Origin: Candidatus Hecatella orcuttiae
GTDB lineage: Archaea > Thermoproteota > Bathyarchaeia > Hecatellales > Hecatellaceae
NCBI GenBank assembly: GCA_002011035.2
Contig: MTLY02000003.1
Coordinates: 667,053 to 731,052 of the forward strand
Direction: 5' to 3'
Length of the DNA stretch: 64,000 nucleotides
Numbering within the stretch: the first letter of the stretch is position 1; the number at the start of each line of letters is the position of its first letter. Below, in pieces: positions 27,159 to 37,173 of the stretch. Under the pieces are notes generated by a model that saw nothing but the letters and a program-made list of their open reading frames with translations, searched no databases and was not told the origin of the DNA. Both the position numbers and the translations under genes were made by a program.

Positions 27159-27401
27159 CTAAGCCTCCAAAAGCTTACACTCAGCAGCCCTCCGCAGCCT
27201 TCTGATGTCCCTCTCCACGTTGCTCGTACCCTTGACGACGATTTTCTCCAAGGATTTTAACGGGTCTTCTATGGGCTCTAGCACAACCCTACCCTTTTCG
27301 ACCTTAACCCTAACCCGCTTCGAGAGGCCCACCTCCCTGCGAACCTCTGCAGGTATGACGATTCTACCCTTCCTATCGACCTTAGCCGTCAACGGATCCA
27401 A
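27159..27401 (-). CDS. AbrB/MazE-type antitoxin
   Basis: KVDRKGRIVIPAEVR; immediately upstream of vapC. Confidence 0.88.
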   Translation of the reverse strand: MDPLTAKVDRKGRIVIPAEVRREVGLSKRVRVKVEKGRVVLEPIEDPLKSLEKIVVKGTSNVERDIRRLRRAAECKLLEA

Positions 27402-27442
27402 ATTCCCACCTCAAATGAGATTCCTATCCCACCATATAAACA

Positions 27443-27466
27443 TTCCCACTTAAACCAGTGTGGGAA
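27443..27466. promoter_or_regulatory. Probable autoregulatory operator of the toxin-antitoxin pair
   Basis: TTCCCAC-N10-GTGGGAA inverted repeat plus two further TCCCAC half-sites flanking a TTTATAT TATA box on the minus strand. Confidence 0.5.
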
Positions 27467-27727
27467 ACTCCGTCCTAACCAAGGCTATGTTCGGCATATC
27501 CATCTGTAGCCGCAGCATCTCCTTCAGCTCCCCGTGGAGCCTGAGGTTTTCCTCCTGCTGAAGCCGAGCCTAGGAGCTGCATGGAGCACCCGCTCGAAGA
27601 AGACAATCCGGGGACAGTAGAGGAAATGCTTCGCGTCGGTCACCGAGAAAAGGGCCTCGGTCACGTCGGAGGTAGGCTGCCTACCTAGGTCTCTTCGGGG
27701 GCCTACCTGAGACTTTCGACGGCCCAT
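27455..27727 (-). pseudogene. cas4: Truncated, frameshifted cas4 (N-terminal fragment)
   Basis: FSVTDAKHFLYCPRIVFFERVL matches the Cas4 N-terminus; frameshift near 27560; no RecB core. Confidence 0.65.
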
Positions 27728-27896
27728 AAAGTATTTCTAGTCTATGGCTCTGAGCCATCAGTTTTGAGAGCGGGCGGCAGGCGGGTTTTCTATTTTTCGG
27801 AGATTATCTCTCGAGCAAAGGTTTTAGCAAATTTTTCTTTGATATTTTTTGAAGTTTAAATCTATACGCGTGCTGATAAAGAATGAGGGACAATGC

Positions 27897-28808
27897 ATGA
27901 TATTCGTATCAAAGATAGTATTACATCTCAATTTTGTTTCTCCTGCTAGGTTTCCTTACTGGATGGGTTCTATGTTTCGGGGAGGTTTCGGCCAAAACCT
28001 AAGAAAAGCTGTGTGCCCATCTCCTAATGCTGAGTGTTCTTCATGTGATCAACGTCTTCAATGCCTTTTCTATCATACTCACATGAGAAGCGAGGCGAAA
28101 AGAGGCTATGCGCCTCCGTCTAAACCTGTCATCTTGATTCCCCCATTTTTCGGTAAGGCCATGGATATTGAAAAGGACGCCTGCCTCACCGTAGAAGCCC
28201 TCCTCTTAGGAGATTTCCGACGCTACCTTCCCCACCTCCTTTTGGGCATGAATTTTCTCGGGCAAGTCGGCCTCGGCTCAACCCGCCACTACGGCCTAAG
28301 CAGGTTTGAAGTGGAAAAAGGCATCTGCGCCTTTTCAGGGAAAACCGTGTACGAGAGGGGAGTCATAATGCCGGCAAACATGAAATCTGTCGACGTAAGG
28401 GACATACCCCCTTACCCTGACAACCGTGTAAAAGTCGGCTTCAAAACTCCCTTCACAGGCAGCTGCTTTCCTCCCACGCCTGAGAGGCTTTTGTGGATGA
28501 TTCGTAGGAGGCTGATAGGCTTCGTAAACGAATACGGCGACGGCTCAGAGGTAGCCGACTTCAAATGCAGCGGGCAAATAGTAAATCATTCCGTGCATGT
28601 TCACCACCTCCAGAGACGTTCTAAGCGCAGTGAGAAAAAATATTTTAAAGGATACACCGGCGTTGTGGACTACGAGTTCAGCGAGTTGGATGACGTGGGA
28701 AGATGGCTTCTGAACCTAGGCTTCATCATCGGCTGCGGCCCTGACTCCTCCTTTGGCTGCGGTTTCCTCCAAGATTTAACCAATCCTCCGTTTGAAACGC
28801 CAAGTTAA
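27897..28808 (+). CDS. cas6: Cas6 RAMP endoribonuclease with Cys4 zinc motif
   Basis: GSMFRGGFG, C-x5-C-x2-C-x5-C, C-terminal G-loop GCGPDSSFGCG. Confidence 0.9.
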   Translation: MIFVSKIVLHLNFVSPARFPYWMGSMFRGGFGQNLRKAVCPSPNAECSSCDQRLQCLFYHTHMRSEAKRGYAPPSKPVILIPPFFGKAMDIEKDACLTVEALLLGDFRRYLPHLLLGMNFLGQVGLGSTRHYGLSRFEVEKGICAFSGKTVYERGVIMPANMKSVDVRDIPPYPDNRVKVGFKTPFTGSCFPPTPERLLWMIRRRLIGFVNEYGDGSEVADFKCSGQIVNHSVHVHHLQRRSKRSEKKYFKGYTGVVDYEFSELDDVGRWLLNLGFIIGCGPDSSFGCGFLQDLTNPPFETPS

Positions 28809-29626
28809 CCCCCCTCAGAGGGGCTTGTGGGTCACCCTAACACTGAGGCCAGAGAGCCTGCAACGCGGTACTACGCCAGCATGCTTTCCCCGCTTCCAGC
28901 TTTTTTCTCAGCCCTCGCAGCCTGCTCCGCGGCGTTATGACTGCAATAAGTTTGGCGGCCAAGTCTCTACAGGCTTTGTTCTACGGCGATTTTCCTGTTT
29001 TAAGAAGAAAATAATACTAAGGGAGAGCAATAATACTGGGTTAGCTCTGTAGTTTTAAAATGTCCAAAAAATTGGATGACCCCCGGAGGGAGGTTCTCCA
29101 AAAAATTGGAGACTTTGGAGGCATCAGCCATCTTCAATCTTCGGTGTCTTTGCGCAGACCTCCGTCAAACCTATTGCTGGAGTTAGTTTCTTCTCCTTGC
29201 CCTCCCTGGATTTCTTTCACTTTCACCCCAGCCTAGACCCCACAAAATATTCTATTTACGCGGAGTCTATTGCATAGGAAGTCATTAAATGGTCCCTGTG
29301 GTCGCGGAGGTCCTTAACGGAGGTTTTCTTCATGTTCCATAATACTTTCGCTGGCGGCTAAATGCTCAGCCAAAATTTCGTTAATTGTCTTGGAGGTCCC
29401 CTTTAGCCCCTTTTTCGGCCTTTAACATCTAAGTTATCCCTTAATATTACGGTAGTCTTTCAGCCATAAACATAAACCGTTTATCTGCTTAAAACATTTA
29501 CAATATGGCTTCTCCGGAAGTTTGTCCACATTTATCCAACCGACACCGGTAAGGCTTAAGGGTCGTAGAAGGTTCTTTAATCCATTTGGTGATCTCAGAT
29601 CACCATCGAAAAAGGTGAGCTTGTTT

Positions 29627-29911
29627 ATGATGACCCTAGTCATCTATGATATCTCCAACGATGACAGTCGAACTAAGCTTGCTAATTTACTTCAAGATTT
29701 CGGCCTTGAGAGGATCCAGTACAGTGGTTTTAAAGGAGACCTAAACACCCACGACCGCCACATCCTCGCCCAGCAAGTAAAAAAGTTCGTAACGGGAGAA
29801 CGCGACAGCGTATACATAATACGGCTCTGCAACGAATGCGCCAGCCTCTGCCACATCGTCTCCAGCAAAGAAGCAATTTTTATCGATAAATCCCATGTAA
29901 AAATCGTTTAG
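29627..29911 (+). CDS. cas2: Cas2
   Basis: LVIYDISNDD.R.K, GLERIQYSGF; ATG with AGGTGA RBS. Confidence 0.95.
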   Translation: MMTLVIYDISNDDSRTKLANLLQDFGLERIQYSGFKGDLNTHDRHILAQQVKKFVTGERDSVYIIRLCNECASLCHIVSSKEAIFIDKSHVKIV

Positions 29912-29920
29912 AGGTAAAGG

Positions 29921-30805
29921 ATGATGTATTTCCTCTCCGAGCTAGAGCACAAACTGCTCCTCCATAAACTTCTACCAACTGCCAGAGAGGTGGGTGTGAA
30001 CCCTGACCTACGGGGATGGAACTGGCATCAATCCCCCCTCAAACCCTATTACAACGAAAAGATTCCCATGTACGCTGTATGCTCAAAATACTGTCCAACC
30101 AACCGAGACATTTTCTTGAACCAAGTGAAAAAAGTCGCCCCCACCCTCAACTTCAACGTATCTTTAGGGAAACTTCTCCACGGCGTCGTCAGCGACGCTC
30201 TCCAAGCCATCATAGCTAGGGACAGCTTGAATTTTGAAGACTGGTGGAAGAAAATACGCTGGGAAGGAATGGTAGGTGACAGAGACCTGTTTAAGAAACG
30301 TGCCAGGCAAGTTTGGGACCATGTGCAAAAAACCTGCCATGCCAAATACGCCCACGTCTCTACTGAGCAGCCCTTCGCATCCAACTACGACCTAATGGCC
30401 TCAGCTTTACCCTTCCTAGTAGAGCATAAGATTTCAGGTGAACTCCTAGGCTTAAGCGGGTTGCTCAGCCTTGACTGCTACGACTATCTTCGCTGTATCA
30501 TGTTCGACTTGAAGGTGGAGAGCAAACAAGAAGATTGGCATAGGCTATCCCCTGTGGGTTATGCTCTGGTTTTTGAAAGCGTGCACGAAGTACCAGTGGA
30601 CATATGTTGCGTGCTATACTTGAACTTCCTTGACGATAAAATCGTGGTCAAGAAAGATCTCTTCTTCGCCAACAACGACCTGCGCAGCTGGTGGATAGAA
30701 GAGAGAGACCGTAAACTGGAGATTGTGGCCCAGAGGAAAGACCCTGGCACGCCAAATGTCTGCGATGAGAGTTGCATCTACTACATGAGTTGCAGGGGTG
30801 GGTGA
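29921..30805 (+). CDS. csa1: Type I-A Cas4-family protein Csa1
   Basis: MYFL, LRGWNW..PL.P, YCPT.RD, LGLSG.L..D, GYALVFES, C-terminal Cys cluster. Confidence 0.92.
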   Translation: MMYFLSELEHKLLLHKLLPTAREVGVNPDLRGWNWHQSPLKPYYNEKIPMYAVCSKYCPTNRDIFLNQVKKVAPTLNFNVSLGKLLHGVVSDALQAIIARDSLNFEDWWKKIRWEGMVGDRDLFKKRARQVWDHVQKTCHAKYAHVSTEQPFASNYDLMASALPFLVEHKISGELLGLSGLLSLDCYDYLRCIMFDLKVESKQEDWHRLSPVGYALVFESVHEVPVDICCVLYLNFLDDKIVVKKDLFFANNDLRSWWIEERDRKLEIVAQRKDPGTPNVCDESCIYYMSCRGG

Positions 30806-30808
30806 GTT

Positions 30809-31834
30809 ATGGAGCGTCTGGTGGTCGACGGCTTTGGAAAATATGTAGGTAGGAAAGGTAACAGAATAATTGTGAAAGACGGCGGAAGCATAGTCCACCA
30901 AGCATTACCCGAAGAATTGAGACAGATCTTGGTGACCGGTAAGGGGTCCATCGGCTTCGACGCCATAAACTTCCTGTCCTCCAACGGTGTAGACATAATC
31001 TTCCTGAATTCTAGAGGTCAACTCACCGCACGTCTTGCACCTTTGGAAATGAGAACCGTTGAAACGAGGAAAGAACAATACTACGCCTACAAGGATGCTA
31101 GAAGTATGGTTCTCGGAAAAGCGTTCGCCCTAGCAAAGATAAAGAACCAATATGCAACCCTCGGCACCTTAGCCAAAAGGAGAAAAGACACTAACCCAAG
31201 CTCAGCTGAAGAAATATACAACAAAAGAGAAGAACTACGGTCGAAAATATCGGAGATGGAGCATGTTGAGGGAAAGAACATCGAATCAGTCAGGGACACC
31301 GTCATGGGCATCGAAGGCTCCGCCTCAGCCCTATACTGGCTTGGCGTCGCTCAAGTCATCCCAGAGGAATTCGGGTTTAAGGGGAGATCGGGAAGATACG
31401 CCCCTGACCCTGTTAACGCCATGCTGAACTATGGCTATGGAATCTTAGAAGGCGAAGTATGGCGTGCTGTGCACTTTGCCGGCTTAGACCCTTACGGCGG
31501 CTTTCTTCACGCCGACCGTCCTGGAAAGCCTAGTTTGGTCTTGGATTTAATGGAAGAATTCAGGCAGCAGCTCATCGATAAGAGTGTCATCAAGCTTATA
31601 TCGAGGAAGGAGGTTGCTCCTGAAAATTTCACAGTAAAGGAGAATGTTTGCTCTTTAGGCGATGAAGCTCGAAGGACATTGTTGACAGAGGTATTGGAAA
31701 GATTTGAAGAATACGTGGCTGTTGGCGATGAGAAGGTCAGATGGTGTGACCTAATAGTAAACCAGGCTAGAAAGATTGGAAAATACTTGAGGGGAGAGAT
31801 ACCGCTGTATGAAGGCTTCTTCCTCCGGTGGTAA
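30809..31834 (+). CDS. cas1: Cas1
   Basis: MGIEG, DPVNAMLNYGY, GLDPYGGFLH, LVLDLMEEFR. Confidence 0.97.
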   Translation: MERLVVDGFGKYVGRKGNRIIVKDGGSIVHQALPEELRQILVTGKGSIGFDAINFLSSNGVDIIFLNSRGQLTARLAPLEMRTVETRKEQYYAYKDARSMVLGKAFALAKIKNQYATLGTLAKRRKDTNPSSAEEIYNKREELRSKISEMEHVEGKNIESVRDTVMGIEGSASALYWLGVAQVIPEEFGFKGRSGRYAPDPVNAMLNYGYGILEGEVWRAVHFAGLDPYGGFLHADRPGKPSLVLDLMEEFRQQLIDKSVIKLISRKEVAPENFTVKENVCSLGDEARRTLLTEVLERFEEYVAVGDEKVRWCDLIVNQARKIGKYLRGEIPLYEGFFLRW

Positions 31835-32408
31835 ACTTCCAATAGACGTATGGGAGATAGTCCAGTATTACTACTGTCCTAGGAAAATTTACTTTCTAAG
31901 AACTTTAGGGGTTCCTGTGGTGCAGAAAAGAAAAATGGCTATGGGTCAAGATGAGCACTTGAAAGAGATAAAAAGACTGAAGGAGAGACAATCGGTCTTC
32001 GGCTTCAGGAAAAGCGATGTGGAAGAAATATACCAAAAACTGGCGTTAGAGGATGCGGAGCTGGGTTTAGCAGGACAGATAGATACTGTCATCAAACTTA
32101 AGAACGGTAAAATTATGCCGGTGGAGCTGAAATATTCCGACTATGTGGCCGCGTTCAGAAGCAGGAAAAAACAGCTCACAGCCTACGCCATTCTCTTGGA
32201 GAGAAAATTTAATCAGATTATAGATACGGGTATTCTCTATTTTCCCATACAGAATAAGCAAGTGACGGTTTCAATAACATACGAGGATAAGAAAAACTTA
32301 CTCGCTGACTTGGAAAAGATAAGGCAGTTGATTCTCAGCGAGAAAATACCGCGTAAATCTCAGAGCGAGAAATGCCGTTACTGTGAAGCCACCAGATACT
32401 GTGGTTAA
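31809..32408 (+). CDS. cas4: Cas4
   Basis: QYYYCPRK, GQID, PVELK, QLTAYA, KCRYC....YC. Confidence 0.93.
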   Translation: MKASSSGGKLPIDVWEIVQYYYCPRKIYFLRTLGVPVVQKRKMAMGQDEHLKEIKRLKERQSVFGFRKSDVEEIYQKLALEDAELGLAGQIDTVIKLKNGKIMPVELKYSDYVAAFRSRKKQLTAYAILLERKFNQIIDTGILYFPIQNKQVTVSITYEDKKNLLADLEKIRQLILSEKIPRKSQSEKCRYCEATRYCG

Positions 32409-32517
32409 TGTGAACGCCTTCATATATCCCACATCGATTTTTTAATGTTCACAGGGGAGGTCTTGAACCAAAAAGGATAAATGCCTATCAACAAAAAATA
32501 ACCGTAGGTAAGGGACG
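32409..32517 (+). promoter_or_regulatory. CRISPR leader
   Basis: AT-rich non-coding stretch between cas4 and the first repeat; the degenerate repeat lies at the opposite end of the array. Confidence 0.7.
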
Positions 32518-35500
32518 GTTTCAATAGGAAGACTCATAAAATGAGGATTGAAAGGCTCCACCGCCACCTCAGGGTGGAGGCGCTCATACCGTTTCAATAG
32601 GAAGACTCATAAAATGAGGATTGAAAGAGGGAGAATTACGATTTTATGCTTGGTGGGCCGACAAGTTTCAATAGGAAGACTCATAAAATGAGGATTGAAA
32701 GCTTCCGATGGCCCACTGGGGAAATGCCCAAAATGCCGGTTTCAATAGGAAGACTCATAAAATGAGGATTGAAAGCACATTACTGGGACACGGAAGTGGG
32801 CGGCGGGTGGGGGTTTCAATAGGAAGACTCATAAAATGAGGATTGAAAGGTTAAGTTTTCTGCTGAACCGAGGAATTTCATTTTCGGGTTTCAATAGGAA
32901 GACTCATAAAATGAGGATTGAAAGAGGACTTCGGCTTGGCTGAGGTTGTGGTTTTCAGCCAAGTTTCAATAGGAAGACTCATAAAATGAGGATTGAAAGA
33001 CCGACTGGAAAACATCCTAAAAAAAGTTGAACAAGTTTCAATAGGAAGACTCATAAAATGAGGATTGAAAGGTCATATTATTTACCTAAAGTCCCTTTTG
33101 GTCATCCAGGTTTCAATAGGAAGACTCATAAAATGAGGATTGAAAGTGTAGTAGATGCGGCCGGCTGTCTCCAGCTCCACCTGCAGTTTCAATAGGAAGA
33201 CTCATAAAATGAGGATTGAAAGTCAAGTTTCCCGATGGCAGTGAAGTGGAAACTTCTTAGTTTCAATAGGAAGACTCATAAAATGAGGATTGAAAGTTGA
33301 AGCGGTTAAAATAGGCAAATTCGAGGGAGAAGTTTCAATAGGAAGACTCATAAAATGAGGATTGAAAGTCGAAATAACTGAGCGAAAATGGAAATGCCTC
33401 AGATGGTTTCAATAGGAAGACTCATAAAATGAGGATTGAAAGTAATTCTGAAATCGTTTTTTATTTTTTCAGGCACGTTTCAATAGGAAGACTCATAAAA
33501 TGAGGATTGAAAGAATTCTCCCGAAGCTCCTTGACCACCTTAGCCCTCATGTTTCAATAGGAAGACTCATAAAATGAGGATTGAAAGGGCGTAGGTGTCG
33601 GTGCAGGTAAAGGCGTAGGAGCAGGTTTCAATAGGAAGACTCATAAAATGAGGATTGAAAGTTAAAATCAGTCTCCTTGTAAAACATCATTTTTTATGTT
33701 TCAATAGGAAGACTCATAAAATGAGGATTGAAAGTGTATTGCGGTGGATAAGGCTTTTTCTGGATCATCGAGTTTCAATAGGAAGACTCATAAAATGAGG
33801 ATTGAAAGGTTATTTGTATGAACATCATCCTTCAACCTTCTTTAAGTTTCAATAGGAAGACTCATAAAATGAGGATTGAAAGCGACATACTGCGCTCCCA
33901 AGAAAATCAGGAGAATCAGTTTCAATAGGAAGACTCATAAAATGAGGATTGAAAGTATAGCATTAGTCATCCTACCAGTCGCCTGTTGTTTGTTTCAATA
34001 GGAAGACTCATAAAATGAGGATTGAAAGTCTTTATAACCTCCATCCTCCTCTCTGAGTCTTTTTGTTTCAATAGGAAGACTCATAAAATGAGGATTGAAA
34101 GTGAAAGGCGCCGAAGCGCTCCGCAATCTCAGGTGTGAAAGTTTCAATAGGAAGACTCATAAAATGAGGATTGAAAGAGTTTGAGAGCGTAATTACCCTT
34201 ACGTAAGCACCGAGGTTTCAATAGGAAGACTCATAAAATGAGGATTGAAAGTGAAATTTTATTTTACTTTGATTTATCAGTCTAGCCATGTTTCAATAGG
34301 AAGACTCATAAAATGAGGATTGAAAGGGCTCACCGTCAACCGCCTCAAGCAGGCCTGCGAGGAGTTTCAATAGGAAGACTCATAAAATGAGGATTGAAAG
34401 AGACGACATCCTTCCAGAGCCCGGCGTCACCCCTGGTTTCAATAGGAAGACTCATAAAATGAGGATTGAAAGGAGTTTACGTTGTGGATGCGGAAGCAGG
34501 GGTTTGGGCCGTTTCAATAGGAAGACTCATAAAATGAGGATTGAAAGAATTCCCCTTGGCAAGTTTATAGAAATGGAAGTGATGTTTCAATAGGAAGACT
34601 CATAAAATGAGGATTGAAAGAATTCCCCTTGGCAAGTTTATAGAAATGGAAGTGATGTTTCAATAGGAAGACTCATAAAATGAGGATTGAAAGGATGGCT
34701 GGTGCGCCCTTCCTCTACGGGCACAATCTGCCGTTTCAATAGGAAGACTCATAAAATGAGGATTGAAAGGAGGGGACAGGTTGAGGGGGAGCTTCTCCTT
34801 CAGTTGTTTCAATAGGAAGACTCATAAAATGAGGATTGAAAGATGTCGTTAAGCCGCCTCTGATACCACTTGGCGACTTGTTTCAATAGGAAGACTCATA
34901 AAATGAGGATTGAAAGTCTATTCCAAAATCATAATAAAGCCACTCCACTTCTGTTTCAATAGGAAGACTCATAAAATGAGGATTGAAAGAGTAGCCATCC
35001 TTTACGGTGTAGGCTGTGGTAGAAGTTTCAATAGGAAGACTCATAAAATGAGGATTGAAAGGAAGGCTCAGGACTTGCCCGCCGACGTGACTTCGGTGTT
35101 TCAATAGGAAGACTCATAAAATGAGGATTGAAAGTAGGCGGATGTAGGGTCGCATCCAGCAGCCTAGTTTGTTTCAATAGGAAGACTCATAAAATGAGGA
35201 TTGAAAGTTAGATGAGGAGTAAAACTCTATTTTTTATTCCCTAGTTTCAATAGGAAGACTCATAAAATGAGGATTGAAAGCTTTAATTCATCCCCCTTTT
35301 GAAAAGATAGGAAAGGTTTCAATAGGAAGACTCATAAAATGAGGATTGAAAGTTGAAGCGGTTAAAATAGGCAAATTCGAGGGAGAATTAGTTTCAATAG
35401 GAAGACTCATAAAATGAGGATTGAAAGTTTTATTCTCCTTTTAAAATTGAATTTATAGCTTCATGTTTCAATAGGAAGACTCATAAAATGAGGATTGAAA

Positions 35501-37046
35501 GCGCTCAACAAAGATTGAGTTTAAGACTTATTAAAAGTTTCAATAGGAAGACTCATAAAATGAGGATTGAAAGCGTAATCCGCGTTTTTCGGGCCGTTTA
35601 GGGCAAGTTTGTTTCAATAGGAAGACTCATAAAATGAGGATTGAAAGTTGCTTTCGGTTAAAACTGCTAATGTCGTTATTACAGTTTCAATAGGAAGACT
35701 CATAAAATGAGGATTGAAAGACCATTTTTCTATATCTTCCGCGGCTTTCGGTCTTGGTTTCAATAGGAAGACTCATAAAATGAGGATTGAAAGATCAGGC
35801 TAGCTAAAAGCTAGTCTAACGTTAGAATGGGTTTCAATAGGAAGACTCATAAAATGAGGATTGAAAGCCTCTTCTCTGAGGTGAGGGTAGGCTTTCAGGT
35901 AGCGTTTCAATAGGAAGACTCATAAAATGAGGATTGAAAGCTTTTTTTGTAAAATTCAAGAAATAAATTTTTTCCTTTGTTTCAATAGGAAGACTCATAA
36001 AATGAGGATTGAAAGACGAGATCGCAGGCAAACCCCCAACTCCACCAACGGCACCGTTTCAATAGGAAGACTCATAAAATGAGGATTGAAAGAAAAAAGT
36101 CAGCCCCCCCTCTCAGTTTCCTCTTTAAGTTTCAATAGGAAGACTCATAAAATGAGGATTGAAAGTTATCATAACCACGGAAGACAATGTAAACGCAAAC
36201 GCGTTTCAATAGGAAGACTCATAAAATGAGGATTGAAAGTCCCATTTTCCCTCTATGGCTCTTTCAAGTATTTTGGTTTCAATAGGAAGACTCATAAAAT
36301 GAGGATTGAAAGGAGATTAAAAAAAACGAAGAATAAGCGTTCCCTTTAGTTTCAATAGGAAGACTCATAAAATGAGGATTGAAAGGGGCTCGGCATCGAA
36401 GCCTTAACCGTCACGTCTCCAAGTTTCAATAGGAAGACTCATAAAATGAGGATTGAAAGTCGGTTGTCTCTTTAGGACAACATTGCCTTATCTAAGAGTT
36501 TCAATAGGAAGACTCATAAAATGAGGATTGAAAGTAAATAAATTGTCAGCCCAAGACCACCGCCCACCAAGTTTCAATAGGAAGACTCATAAAATGAGGA
36601 TTGAAAGCCTTACTTCTATTCCTCTATAGTAGTAATCATTCTCGTTTCAATAGGAAGACTCATAAAATGAGGATTGAAAGATCTTAGTGATCCTCTTAGT
36701 AGTAGAAGCTTCAACGTTTCAATAGGAAGACTCATAAAATGAGGATTGAAAGGCGGACTTGGAGCAGCGGGAGTCGGATGTGTTCTTCGGTTTCAATAGG
36801 AAGACTCATAAAATGAGGATTGAAAGACCGGCATACTGTCATTTCAGGCATAACACAATCAGGGTTTCAATAGGAAGACTCATAAAATGAGGATTGAAAG
36901 ACGCGTGGAAACCCCACGGAGACCAACCTTGAACATAGTTTCAATAGGAAGACTCATAAAATGAGGATTGAAAGCCTGATTTCACCACCAAGCCAACTGG
37001 TGGTGATGGACAGTTTCAATATGTCAGTTTAAGAACGATTTGAACG
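32518..37046 (+). CRISPR. CRISPR array: 61 intact 37-bp repeats GTTTCAATAGGAAGACTCATAAAATGAGGATTGAAAG plus one degenerate terminal repeat (from 37013); 61 spacers of ~34-40 bp
   Basis: Repeats counted by hand; internal hairpin CTCAT-AAA-ATGAG; 3' handle ATTGAAAG. Confidence 0.99.
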
Positions 37047-37173
37047 CTCAAGGAGGCAAAAGCCGAGGAAATCCTATAAGGGCTCCACTTAGCTCCTTAT
37101 CCTAATCCCAAACAGCCCTAACGCCATGTTTAAAGGACCTCTGCGTGGTTCCTATGCGAAGATGGGGGTTTAG

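Noticed and set aside
33588-33624. Spacer 15 as self-targeting the Pro/Thr linker of the FecR gene (~12880-12915)
   Set aside because: Only low-complexity similarity (GGCGTAGGT); no extended match
34387-36031. ORFs inside the CRISPR array
   Set aside because: Translations of repeat-spacer units (FNRKTHKMRIER / FNPHFMSLPIET)
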